Shown here piece after piece: positions 9,501 to 16,243 of a stretch of 38,414 nt of DNA. A model generated the notes under the pieces. It was given only the letters and a program-made list of their open reading frames with translations. It had not been told where the DNA came from and made no database searches. The stretch is from positions 1 to 38,414 of the IMG/VR virus record IMGVR_UViG_3300027790_000527. The stretch is one strand, 5' to 3'. The position numbers and the translations under genes were made by a program. Source of the stretch: a virus. Taxonomy: Duplodnaviria > Caudoviricetes. Positions within the stretch are counted from its first letter, which is position 1. The number at the start of each line of letters is the position of its first letter.

Positions 9501-10562
9501 AACGTCAGTAGGAATCGGGCTTGCAATGTCAGCGTCACTCACATTATCCGGCACTGTTGCCAGCCGCTGGCCGTCAACGTCTGTTTCACCAGCTGGCGCA
9601 GGCCTGCTGCCAAGTACAAGCTCGCCCGTTGCCGTTCCGCCGCGCACAATGCCACCAAAGCCAGTGCCTGCTACTGCGCCCGCAAAGCCTTCGTCCAAGG
9701 CTTCTTCCATTTCAAAGCCGCGCTCTGTTCCAACCGTGGCGCCTGCGTTCTCGATGATGCTTTGGCCGAACTCGGTTGCGCCTTCTTTCAGGGCAGCCTT
9801 GCCGACTTCTGGCAGGATCTGCTTTGCTGATTGAACCGCAGCTTCATCAATGCCCAACATCCCCTTGCCGCCGAAGCGCTCAAGGATAGCAGATGCAACG
9901 GCAGCCGGTGCAGCTTTCACCACATCTTCAACGGTAGGTTCTGCCCTGCCGTCGTTAATTGCCCGCTCGCCGCCGATTTCCTGAGAACGCGAGGTGACGT
10001 AGGCTGGCGTGGCGTAGATGGCTGCCAGCATGTCAGGCGTGGAAACAAGCCCCTGCTCTACGATAAACGGCAGGACGTTGCTGATGGGGCTGTCCTTTAC
10101 CTCGTCCCATGAACGCTGTTTGGTTTCATCGCCACCAAGATCAAGATTTTTCAGCGCGTCGGCCGATTTTTTCAGGAAGTGATCAGAGACTTGCCGAATC
10201 CGCTGCTTCTCATCATAGGAAGCAACGCCGAAACCATGATCACCCAGATAGAAGGCTGGCTCAACACCGGCCTTTTCAAGCGTCTCTCTGCTACGGCCAA
10301 GAATGAGCGCAGGCAGGCCAGCCTCTTCACTATCGACTTCCTTGCCCAGCGTGTGGCCAAAATCAATGAAGTTCCCTGCCACATCACCAGCCCGCTCGCC
10401 CGTGAGGCGGGCGGTATTGTCCAGGCTGAACTCTTTGTCGATCGGCTGCAGGCCGGTCGCGTCTAGGGGCTCAAGGCCGTTTACATCAAGGCCGCTTTGA
10501 GGCAGCAAGCCCGAAACATCAAGCGGTTGCAGCCCATCCAGATCAAAAGGTTTCGACGCCAT
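588..10562 (-). CDS. Giant DarB-like polyvalent internal virion protein: SF2 helicase + N6-adenine methyltransferase + HExxH metallopeptidase-like + LPD38-like C-terminus (3324 aa)
   Basis: GTGTGKT (Walker A), DESQ (motif II), LSATPF, AGEAGISLH, QEEGRIYRTGQ; YYATP, LEPSAGHG, NPPY; HETIH...EEAAAE; TVNFNRKG...FYNAGIQG; last large gene of the ejection module. Confidence 0.9.
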   Translation of the reverse strand: MASKPFDLDGLQPLDVSGLLPQSGLDVNGLEPLDATGLQPIDKEFSLDNTARLTGERAGDVAGNFIDFGHTLGKEVDSEEAGLPALILGRSRETLEKAGVEPAFYLGDHGFGVASYDEKQRIRQVSDHFLKKSADALKNLDLGGDETKQRSWDEVKDSPISNVLPFIVEQGLVSTPDMLAAIYATPAYVTSRSQEIGGERAINDGRAEPTVEDVVKAAPAAVASAILERFGGKGMLGIDEAAVQSAKQILPEVGKAALKEGATEFGQSIIENAGATVGTERGFEMEEALDEGFAGAVAGTGFGGIVRGGTATGELVLGSRPAPAGETDVDGQRLATVPDNVSDADIASPIPTDVISEGRAELDAALNHAEAPAADPVPQAPTVTAQPELETLFDMDSGEAIGQYNPGTGETFLGTPQPEQSAAQTPAPVPDPAPAKLPKVTVGNDIEFDGRPMNITAVEGRFIIATNAEGVPTVFRGKKDFEARTGHTFEGFTAARGAIPKRPPSLVELLRKQGIRKDDAKAQGVDLDGKLPKHLAQVFSNNPKTLTLDQVGERLSEMGLLPQGAYDLSDVVELVNQDLLAHRNKDMSQAVVPAADVVEKVARQEYEARQFELGELADLSYTERAKQLRQQYEAAPAVGNELTQAEIEAAFDLDNYRASYFDENDAAERAAMEAYYRGQDNDGAGRPGHGEQADTRNRGVSGNPAGPQDGRRGSEEAGRNASLEGPPTGQATSAAELDPFDLSQPVPRAGNLSKVGQKELSKIQANAVIEAGLAVEGSPLQAIAKKARAGKLLSKSERSTLEEAFARNDQRAAELKLTETEQRAASVYQKLLQQGYNGNLPLDDYRRQQWREQVAELAENPGRYHPVVEAANDKGLSIGDEVVVGGDPAFVVSIDEQAGNILVKVASTKNFGGWLELEKVTRPDEPLPQDADGQARVPGSERTDEKEQAASRAEAEMRARQQQSKIRKDGQESLADQDGGLFSAERDQGNLFDTSGLQELKSGESKKEDADVSGSRANLERDSRDTGSENGLGETDVSATRRGSEQGPADGRTAPDSRSRDGDAGRTVSDADAAPLGERGDRGARRQQSLFDDGTTERDERGRGDTDGGSRQAENDAGGKDTLAPNADEAAQLEARTERQAAADKIKVKPADAANIRDTLPLLLKDQQTDVLKAETRFNNPDALPGYLFTNGTGTGKTYVGAGVVKRYARQGKDNILIVAPSQGILQGWVEAGTDLGLNISILDDTKSKGKGIVATTYANLGENPRLAERDWDLVVNDESQELSKNERGDPTLALNNMRAITNRGRSGDRYQKARMLLADKWAPYFELVERARTLKNSKKKADKDLAENLMFKAKELGETLHPETKAKADSLTDAPRTDVLFLSATPFAYDKNIDYAEGYLFDYGRDKEGGRAYNEGDARDQFFMQHFGYRMRYNKLTRPESGVDSEVMEREFHEWLKKEGALSGRRLEVDADYDRKFVLVDDAVGAKIDQALDFLREADKGKFRDLADLVNKRFDYLTRMKLLEAIKARHAVPMIKQHLALGRKVVVFHDYNVGGGINPFVMPADEQVLVRVGVDGTEKEISLQKLYAEFIARNPYVEKLNFSSFRSPINEIRENFDQALIYNGRESAKARNEAKKLFNDDESGHDVILVQSAAGEAGISLHDAKNGKQRALINLGMPTRPTTAIQEEGRIYRTGQTSDAIFRYMNTGTSWERWTFAQKIAERAGTAENLALGNEARALKQSFIDAFIDSDVYEPTAGEGKGGKELDFVARDELSGFERAKTFYWAQQKKSGRRDQREGQDYYATPEPIGFKMVELADIKRGERILEPSAGHGAIARFFPEDTDRTIVEPSSELASKAAIVSAGANAKNHTFEELNVRLKYDAVVMNPPYGMGGKVAMDHLAKAMKHTKNGGRVVALIPTGPAADKRFDALYESKEAKAFHLVADIKLPSATFTRAGTSVMTRIVVLEKQSDSSVAETLNSIRRDYTSAATVEELFERIEDLDLTGRKDPVTADADEIVPGEPFQIGEHTYSMRLTSHDLDGSNYVEWAKYPGRTEHARLAAMAERMNGNYFKALKAFSFDTVEDSQAWITEARKPVSEGTVSSKGIEGVTFDTGETTHSKTGQDLYVASFQTRHDMDVFVAVREIAKKHDGYYSKFRGRGAIPGFQFKTEEQRQAFIDEVTQGTATEEKFKLQDEATEDAPQRELSGLSQEAKKQLEERFHQLGLDAHAGLFFVKEISTAVEGQKLSANGRFIKLKKDGAVYRFIEIAEDAPDAQHTLDHETIHVLRSIGAFRKSEWTALTKAAKKDRQLMARIDRLYGNQGLSEDAVMEEAAAEMFADWSRNRSKYTGFIRKAFERVRAVLDAIREAITGTISAQTVMERVEKGKTAKRQAQANITSSETKLQQRASESLLNTDFGQPIRSMVEEMHRTHLPLWGRIRNATSRLAVREQFDRLRHVMQDAMLPVFRLQGEIERATGKPVGEALDVYQKETLYSGRVGARFEQLVDNHLEPLMEDLKAKGVTMEELEAYLYARHAKERNAYIAEINPEFEDGAGSGMTDAEADELMKAVKAAGKDRAMKDLAGRVDKVLGESLQARVDDGLLSEEEALALKKRWKHYVPLRGEAEIDPDQSLHVERPRSSAGQSVKGREYQQAFGRKTKAAEIIPYIFMQAQEGIIRGEKNRVAKTLHNLAVNNPNSDFWTVKKITRKPYLDKKTGQVVYRVQPIAAEDADFTVSAKQGGKVVRVIMNRHNPAAVRLAAAMRNLDGEKMGHLVQWLSTATRFLSAINTSFNPEFVVSNALRDLETGLALSGQFDVKGLSKKILKSWIPAIVGAEQGAFKRGDSEWKRWFDEYTAAGGRVYFNTMDDVKDTRKKLQRMFKEAGPGMHPLKPLRALGDTIQKVNLGVESAIRLSLYRHLRENGFSKDRAAVAAKELTVNFNRKGTMGPTLNAFYMFYNAGIQGTFTLLTAAKRSRKVRQALGGLVVAGAFLEVWNQLFSPEDDDGEKAYDKLSEFEKSRNFIFYIPGSDRPIEFPAGYGLNFFLHAGRASVEAASGKDPLEVLANLSVTGLEAFNPIGGAGSVIKQLSPTVIDPLVELELNEDFAGRQIYPNSPFDDFTPDSQKSFASVSPFAEAMAEGLNELTGGSKIEPGAIDVSPESIEHLFTFVTGSSGRFYQRLADLPMKLVDPTKDVTENDIPFLRKLVGPSDFTWKNRERFYERTEAIERAWTYFNDYRKAGDTESATEFLEENRDLLALRDLSRKVKRDLSKLRRVRLALQESKETGSVSIDDYAARLQPVRDAEKNLINSFNKAYVERILNKDGD

Positions 10563-10574
10563 GCAGGCCCCTTG

Positions 10575-11450
10575 TTATTTGCGGTACAGTGTGCCGTTTA
10601 CGCTGATAACCGCGCCCGCAGGCGCATTTTGCTTGAACCAGTCAATCTGGCTTTGGCTGGTTGCCATGAAAGGATCTTCCTGCGTTCCCGCGCCTGATGG
10701 CTTGCCGGACGACTGGTCAGCCCCGGCGCCAGCCGCATCATCACCGTTGCTGCGCTCTGGGGCTGGCTGCCGTGTTTGGCTTTGGGGGCTGCCCTTCATA
10801 ACCTTGAACAGCTGCTGCGCTTTCGCTTCAACGGCAGCATCCCCTTGAACAGATACCGTCGCGTCATTCTGGGCCATCTTCACAGCTTCCAGCCACAGAT
10901 CCTGATCAGACTTGCTGTCGCGCTGTGTTTCGATCTTGAGGATCCAGTCATTCACGCGGCGCCGGTAGTCTTCATCGCTCTCGCCCTCCTGCTGCCGCCC
11001 ATCACTGGAATCCATGAACACAGCCCGCAGGTTCTCGCGGTTGGCAACCGAAGCGCTGTTGCCGCTGCGGCCAAGACCTCGCTCAGCATTATCTGCCTCA
11101 GCATTGGTCAAGCGCGTCCTCGCATCGGTAAGTGGCTGGTCGGCGTCCAGTTTCGTCGTCAGGGTTTGGTCTGCATGCGCCTGGGCGTCATCCTGCAGAT
11201 CCGCGCGGAAACGCCGATCAAGGCCAGACTGCGCGGCCCGGAAGTTTCTGTCATCCTGTGCCATGCCCAAGCGGAGGGCCCTGTCCTTGTTTGCTTCATC
11301 GGTTCGGAAGGCGCGATCCTCTTCACGCTCTGCGGTTCGCGTTTCACGCGCAAGCGCCTGTAGCTTGCCGTCCCGCAGCATCAGGCCTAGCTGAGAAACA
11401 CCATTACCAAGGCCTTTTGCAAGCCCCCCCAAGATCAAGCTTGTACTCAT
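10575..11450 (-). CDS. Putative internal virion/ejection protein (about 291 aa, start MSTSLILGG)
   Basis: ATGA overlap with the upstream stop at 11447; Gly/Leu N-terminus then charged helical region; synteny. Confidence 0.7.
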   Translation of the reverse strand: MSTSLILGGLAKGLGNGVSQLGLMLRDGKLQALARETRTAEREEDRAFRTDEANKDRALRLGMAQDDRNFRAAQSGLDRRFRADLQDDAQAHADQTLTTKLDADQPLTDARTRLTNAEADNAERGLGRSGNSASVANRENLRAVFMDSSDGRQQEGESDEDYRRRVNDWILKIETQRDSKSDQDLWLEAVKMAQNDATVSVQGDAAVEAKAQQLFKVMKGSPQSQTRQPAPERSNGDDAAGAGADQSSGKPSGAGTQEDPFMATSQSQIDWFKQNAPAGAVISVNGTLYRK

Positions 11451-12001
11451 CGCACCAGCCCCCCTGCTGTACCGTCGTTTGGCTGCTGGGACGGTTGCGG
11501 CTGTTGCTGCATGGCAGCTGGCGCCTTGCCCCCAGACATTGCCGTCATGTCCTGCATCAGTGCATCCAGCTCGCCGGACCGGTTGGCTTCCTGCAGGTTT
11601 GCCCAATCCGCTTGGGCGCCCTCTTGGTCAAGCTCACCATTTTCGATCTCCACGTCTCGGTAGAGATCCAGTGCCCGGTAGGTGACTTTTTCAAGCTCGT
11701 CTTCCGTGAAGTCATGAATGCCAAGATCCCCCATGCGGTCTGCCAGTTCTTCGACAATGGCGATACCGGCGTGGAACACCACGTCACCATTCATCTGCTG
11801 GCCGTTTTCAGATGCGGAAGCAACGACGCGGCGCACGATTTCCACGGCTGTTTGCGCCAGCGCCTCGATCGGGTCAGCGTCTGCCCGCAAGCGCTCAAAG
11901 ATCTCGTTGAATGCGTCGCCGTAGATAACCTGCAGCGCCACATCCATGAAGCTGTCGTATGCGGCCTGTTCCTCCGGCGATACGTTCGGTTGTTGCTCCA
12001 T
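11447..12001 (-). CDS. Acidic hypothetical protein of the virion core module (184 aa)
   Basis: Tight packing with neighbours, AGGGGG SD-like sequence, acidic helical composition. Confidence 0.75.
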   Translation of the reverse strand: MEQQPNVSPEEQAAYDSFMDVALQVIYGDAFNEIFERLRADADPIEALAQTAVEIVRRVVASASENGQQMNGDVVFHAGIAIVEELADRMGDLGIHDFTEDELEKVTYRALDLYRDVEIENGELDQEGAQADWANLQEANRSGELDALMQDMTAMSGGKAPAAMQQQPQPSQQPNDGTAGGLVR

Positions 12002-12003
12002 AC

Positions 12004-12849
12004 TTAGCCCCCTTGCGTCATAGCGCGGTGTTCTGGCGTGCCAGGCGCGATATATTTTGGCCTGCCGGTCTGGGTATCGACCACCCAGCGGCCAGATTGA
12101 TTGGAAGGCGCTGCACCGCCAGAGATCTGCGGCAGCGGGTTATTCGGGTCTTCCTCGGTGCCAAACTTCACCATACCAGCATCACCGGTCTGATAGTTGG
12201 CTGCCCGGTCCTCAATGAGCCGGCGCCTCTCTTTTGCTTCGCCGGAAGCCGCAAGCCCGCTGCCCAAGCCTGAAATGACTTGGCCTGCCAGCATATATTT
12301 GCCTGCGGTTTGTGCAGCCAGAACCTCAGGCGCAACCGCCGCTGCGGTAGTGGCGGCGGCAGTAGTGCCAGCGGCCCCTGCGGTGCCTGTGGCTGCCAAT
12401 TGCGCATTTACCGCGCCCGTCATGCCAGAAGATGCAGAAGAAAGGCCGGTCGCGGTTGGTGTCGCTGCGGAAGCCGTTGCACTGGCTGGGGCAGAGAGCC
12501 CGCCAAGCAGCCCACCTGAAACCGCGCCCGTCAATGCGCCAAGGCCCATGCCTTTTGTGATGCTGCCCCCCGTGACAGCTGCTGTCGCACCACCGATCGC
12601 CGCGCCATAACCTGCGTAGGTGATGGCGCCTGTCACAATGGACCCTAGCGTCCCTGTCGCCCCTAGAGAGCTGGCAATGCCTCCTGCTGCCGCCCCCCAT
12701 CCACCTGCTGCCCCTGCAATACCTAGTGCCGCGCCTGCGGTAAAATATACCGCTGCAGCAGCAAGGATAATGGGCGCAACCTTCTTGACGACCTTCACGA
12801 CCTTCTTAAAGACTTTGCCGATACCTTTAATGATCTTGCTCAAGGCCAA
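12004..12849 (-). CDS. Gly/Ala-rich putative DNA ejection (pilot-like) protein (281 aa)
   Basis: Basic amphipathic N-terminus (KIIKGIGKVFKKVVKVVKK) then long G/A hydrophobic segments; follows the GNAT gene as in other podoviruses. Confidence 0.7.
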   Translation of the reverse strand: MALSKIIKGIGKVFKKVVKVVKKVAPIILAAAAVYFTAGAALGIAGAAGGWGAAAGGIASSLGATGTLGSIVTGAITYAGYGAAIGGATAAVTGGSITKGMGLGALTGAVSGGLLGGLSAPASATASAATPTATGLSSASSGMTGAVNAQLAATGTAGAAGTTAAATTAAAVAPEVLAAQTAGKYMLAGQVISGLGSGLAASGEAKERRRLIEDRAANYQTGDAGMVKFGTEEDPNNPLPQISGGAAPSNQSGRWVVDTQTGRPKYIAPGTPEHRAMTQGG

Positions 12850-13312
12850 TCTCCCTTACGAGCATGAGGCCGTCGCGGCGGAAGCCCCTGCGCTCATACA
12901 TTTTTGCTGTTCTTTCCGGATTCCCGATCGCGCCGGAAATACCCACATAGATTTCAACCACGTTCTTGCGGCCCTCACCCCACTCAACAAAGGCGTCCAG
13001 CAGCTTTGGCGCAGCCTTGGCTGTCGAACCTTCGGCCACGTAGAAGAAAATGTCCGTCGCCAGAAATTCCTTGGCGATATGGTAAACCCGGTCGATCGTT
13101 CCCATGATGAAGCCAACAACCTCGCCCGCATCCTCATAAACAAAGATGCAGGTGGCGTGCCCATGGTTGGTGATGGTCTGAAAGCATAGATCCCGAAACG
13201 CCTTCTTTTCTGGCGTAACACGCTCGGCATACACGCTCGCAGCGTGCATTTCCTGCGCAAGCTCCCAGAGGCGGGGAATATCAGAAAATGAGGCCTTCCG
13301 GACTGCCATCAA
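12827..13312 (-). CDS. GNAT-fold acetyltransferase-like virion assembly protein (161 aa)
   Basis: VRKASFSDIPRL start, GEVVGF strand, FFYV...KLLDAFVEW, MYERRGF end. Confidence 0.75.
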   Translation of the reverse strand: MMAVRKASFSDIPRLWELAQEMHAASVYAERVTPEKKAFRDLCFQTITNHGHATCIFVYEDAGEVVGFIMGTIDRVYHIAKEFLATDIFFYVAEGSTAKAAPKLLDAFVEWGEGRKNVVEIYVGISGAIGNPERTAKMYERRGFRRDGLMLVREIGLEQDH

Positions 13313-14400
13313 TTATTCCTTGCCCGAATACCTGCAGCACCGCCGCCGCCAAGCCCCGTGCGTGCATAGGTGGAGGCAATGGTCTGTGCGTTAGGTGTTG
13401 TGGTGGTTCCCGTTGCTGCAGTGTTTGTGCCTGCGCTTGTGCCCGTGCTTGAGGCGTTACTGTTCGGCCACTTGAGGGTGACGCCATACATCTTGGCAAC
13501 CATCTGCCGTGACGTTGACCACACCTGCCGGGCGTTGTTCAGCTGCTGGGTGCGAACACTGGCCGGAAGGTCTGGATTGGCCGTGATGTTGGCAACCGCC
13601 TGTTGGTAGGTTCTGTCTGCTTCCTGCAGCAAGCGGGATGTTTCCGCCCGCTCCTGGGCGTTCAGGGTCGCCTCATTGATTTCCAACCGCGTGTTGGCGT
13701 CAACCACGGCGATTTCCCGGCGCGTCTCGTTATCAAGCTGCGCGATCTCTGTCCGGTTCGCCAGTTCCTGCTGCTGCAGGGTCTGCTGATGCCCGAATGT
13801 TTGCTGGTTCAGCTCAGCCTGTTGCTCGAAGCCCTGCCGCGAGAGCGAGCTATTCTGCGCGAAATTGCGGTCGGAAAGCCTGCTGTCCTGAACAAAGCGC
13901 TGATCAGAAAGGCGGCTGTCTTGTTCAAAATTCTGCAGCGAAATGTTCCGGTCGTGGATCTGCCCAGCGTTTTGTTTCGCCATTTCCATGACGTGCTTGT
14001 AAACAGCGTCCTCGCCCGCCTGACCCGCCAGTGTGGAATTAAGCAGCCCGCGCGCGTTCGCGAAAGCTTCACCGTTTGCCCGGGCACGCTTCATAAGCGG
14101 GCTATCTTTCTGGGTGATGCGGTCCACCTGAAAGTCCACATTCGCATTGCGGAACTTTGTCTTTCCCGTGTCTGTCGGGACCGTACTGCCCATCTTTGGG
14201 GCTTTCGGGATCTTCGGGGTTGGCGATAGGTTCTGGCCTTGGCCACCCTGCGGCGCTCCGGTTGCGCTCATCCAGTTCGGCGGCGAAGATCTGTCTGGCG
14301 CTGTAGCGCCACCAGGCTTACCGCCCAAGCCGCCAACCATGGTCTGGCGCTTGGTGGGGGGGATCAAAACTTTTGGCTGTTGTTTCGTCGGGCTTGCCAT
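13309..14400 (-). CDS. Gln-rich coiled-coil internal virion protein
   Basis: Likely start MASPTK at 14400; RGLLNST motif; 11-aa repeats; first gene of the ejection module. Confidence 0.7.
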   Translation of the reverse strand: MASPTKQQPKVLIPPTKRQTMVGGLGGKPGGATAPDRSSPPNWMSATGAPQGGQGQNLSPTPKIPKAPKMGSTVPTDTGKTKFRNANVDFQVDRITQKDSPLMKRARANGEAFANARGLLNSTLAGQAGEDAVYKHVMEMAKQNAGQIHDRNISLQNFEQDSRLSDQRFVQDSRLSDRNFAQNSSLSRQGFEQQAELNQQTFGHQQTLQQQELANRTEIAQLDNETRREIAVVDANTRLEINEATLNAQERAETSRLLQEADRTYQQAVANITANPDLPASVRTQQLNNARQVWSTSRQMVAKMYGVTLKWPNSNASSTGTSAGTNTAATGTTTTPNAQTIASTYARTGLGGGGAAGIRARNN

Positions 14401-14471
14401 GCAGTCCACTCATATGTTTGGGGAAATAAAAGCGGCCAATGGCGGCTCATGCCTGATTTGACGGCTTCATT

Positions 14472-14506
14472 ATAAGAATAAGAGGGGCGATATAGTAGCC
14501 CCCCTT
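14472..14506 (-). terminator. Probable intrinsic terminator after the lysis cassette
   Basis: Minus strand AAGGGGGGC-TACTATATC-GCCCCTCTT then ATTCTTAT. Confidence 0.55.
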
Positions 14507-14535
14507 CGTTCGCCTTACGTTCGCGCGGGCCAAGC

Positions 14536-14937
14536 CTATGGCGGCTTTTGTGGGCTGCGCTGTTGTTCCAGTTGGCGCTCAATGTCGGCAAAATACGCCT
14601 CTGCCTGCTTGATGTAGTAGGCAATGTCATTGTAGCCCCGCTTTACCTCGGCCCATTCGGATGTGGGCAAGCAAACATGCTGCAGTGGCGCGCGGGATCC
14701 CGCCTTGATCTCGGCCAGCAGTTCCGCCAAGCGCTCGGTGTTGAGCGCCAGCGGCATTTCGTTAATCTGGCGCAGCTGGATCTGGTCTGGGCGCCTTGGC
14801 TCGTCCAGGCTCACTCTTTCCACCTTCGACTGCACAATCGGCACGGCAGGTAAGGTTCGAGAGTTCCCGCAGGCTGCCGTTAAGATCAATACGGAAAGCA
14901 CGCTCAGCCACTTTAGGCCGTTCAAAAAGTGCATCAT
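14536..14937 (-). CDS. Rz1: Outer-membrane spanin lipoprotein (133 aa)
   Basis: Signal peptide with lipobox-like ILTAA-C23; Pro-rich after the Cys; overlaps the 3' end of the i-spanin gene. Confidence 0.7.
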   Translation of the reverse strand: MMHFLNGLKWLSVLSVLILTAACGNSRTLPAVPIVQSKVERVSLDEPRRPDQIQLRQINEMPLALNTERLAELLAEIKAGSRAPLQHVCLPTSEWAEVKRGYNDIAYYIKQAEAYFADIERQLEQQRSPQKPP

Positions 14938-15235
14938 TGAAAGCTCCCAATCGTTGCCTCAGTTCAAAGTTTTCCCTATCTCGCTCAGCCATCAGCCGGG
15001 CGCGCTCTTCTTCGCGGTGCTTGTCTGTCAGCTTTCGCGTTGCAAGCTCTATCCGCAGCTCCGTTACCTGCTTGGCATTGGCATTTGCGGTGTCTGTGGC
15101 CGTTTTGGCCGTCAGGTTTGCTGCCTGCAACAAGTCGCGGGTTCCTTGGTGTTCCCCCATTTCGCTCTGCCACAGGCCATAGAAGATGAAGGCCAAGACT
15201 GCCGCCACCCCTGCTGCTATTCCGAACGGATTCAT
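14762..15235 (-). CDS. Rz: Inner-membrane spanin (157 aa)
   Basis: Single N-terminal TM then coiled coil; two late Cys; directly after the endolysin. Confidence 0.7.
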   Translation of the reverse strand: MNPFGIAAGVAAVLAFIFYGLWQSEMGEHQGTRDLLQAANLTAKTATDTANANAKQVTELRIELATRKLTDKHREEERARLMAERDRENFELRQRLGAFNDALFERPKVAERAFRIDLNGSLRELSNLTCRADCAVEGGKSEPGRAKAPRPDPAAPD

Positions 15236-15717
15236 GCGCTTTCCCCCGTCCAGTAGAGATAGTCGGCCACATACTTTTCCGCGGTCGCGGCACCAAGGCC
15301 GGTGTTCCAGTAGGTCTTGCAGTATCGGCCAAGGTTCTGCAGGTCGTCAGCGTCCGGCAGTGGTTCACCGAACCTCGAATACTGCAGGCGCGCGACGGCG
15401 GTTGCATAGCGATCACAGCAGCGCAGCGCCTCAACCGGGTCGTCAATGCCTTCTGGCTCGAACTTCTCAAGGATCTGCAGTTTCTTTTCGTGGAAGCGAA
15501 GGTGGTTCGCATAGAGATCCGTGAGGGTCTTCGGCTCGATCTGATAGAAGGAAAGAGCTGGCCCGCCGATCTGTTCGCGTGTGATAAAGCCTCCGCTTTC
15601 GTGGCAGGCTGTCATCAGAAGCAGGCGCGCTGCAGAGCGCGACCACATATCCATATCCTGCAGGACCGGGTTGATCACTTCATGCAGGAAGTCATTTGCT
15701 GTTGTTATTGGTTTCAT
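15232..15717 (-). CDS. Endolysin, lysozyme/transglycosylase-like fold (161 aa)
   Basis: LLLMTACHESG catalytic-Glu-like motif, GPALSFYQIEP, YWNTGLG; lies between holin-like genes and spanins. Confidence 0.75.
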   Translation of the reverse strand: MKPITTANDFLHEVINPVLQDMDMWSRSAARLLLMTACHESGGFITREQIGGPALSFYQIEPKTLTDLYANHLRFHEKKLQILEKFEPEGIDDPVEALRCCDRYATAVARLQYSRFGEPLPDADDLQNLGRYCKTYWNTGLGAATAEKYVADYLYWTGESA

Positions 15718-15928
15718 TTCCGCCTTTCCAAAGGCCGATCAACATCTGCAGCCCGGCAGTGGTCAGCCGTTCTGTCGGAAGCATCAGCACAACAACGATT
15801 ACCCAAGGAAGTGTATCGGCCAGCTCAACGTCAGCATTAGCGGCTGAACCGCTGGCTCGATACAACAGGTGAAGAAAGGCGCCGACAACTACCGCCATCA
15901 GCGCCCTTCTGAAAGCTATTCCAAACAT
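15692..15928 (-). CDS. Holin-like two-TM protein (about 78 aa; start uncertain)
   Basis: Two hydrophobic segments (MAVVVGAFLHLLY; LPWVIVVVLML), immediately upstream of the endolysin. Confidence 0.55.
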   Translation of the reverse strand: MFGIAFRRALMAVVVGAFLHLLYRASGSAANADVELADTLPWVIVVVLMLPTERLTTAGLQMLIGLWKGGNETNNNSK

Positions 15929-15932
15929 CTGT

Positions 15933-16241
15933 TTAGAACTTGAACGGCATGCCGTCCTTGAAGGTGAAGGCCGCTGCCAAAGCAAGCATGCCTATAATCA
16001 GAACGCGCCCAAGCGCCTTCAACATGCCCGCCCGAATAAGGCGTACATCGCTCAGAAGAGACAGCAGATCATGCACATCTTTCTGAGCATTCGGCCCACC
16101 AAGGCCTACGCTGGTTAGCGCAGCCTCCGCGCCCTCTTGCGCCCATTGCTTCCCCAAAGCATGGAGATTTTCAACGGGAATGACCGCATAACCCTGCTGC
16201 TGCAGCTGAGCGATCAGGGCGCTCTCGTTTTGGTTGCTCAT
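15933..16241 (-). CDS. Membrane protein of the lysis cassette (holin/antiholin-like, 102 aa)
   Basis: C-terminal TM VLIIGMLALAAAF; position between tail fibre and holin. Confidence 0.55.
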   Translation of the reverse strand: MSNQNESALIAQLQQQGYAVIPVENLHALGKQWAQEGAEAALTSVGLGGPNAQKDVHDLLSLLSDVRLIRAGMLKALGRVLIIGMLALAAAFTFKDGMPFKF

Positions 16242-16243
16242 GT

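Noticed and set aside
1305-9834. Long plus-strand ORFs (e.g. 1305-2354, 3264-4619, 8439-9389) opposite the giant gene
   Set aside because: Antisense shadows of GC-rich coding sequence; no motifs or credible starts
11451-11606. N-terminal extension of the 10575 ORF (and similar extensions to 20847, 21091, 32781, 36768, 37822)
   Set aside because: These overlap upstream genes or terminators; downstream starts have SD sequences or stop-start coupling
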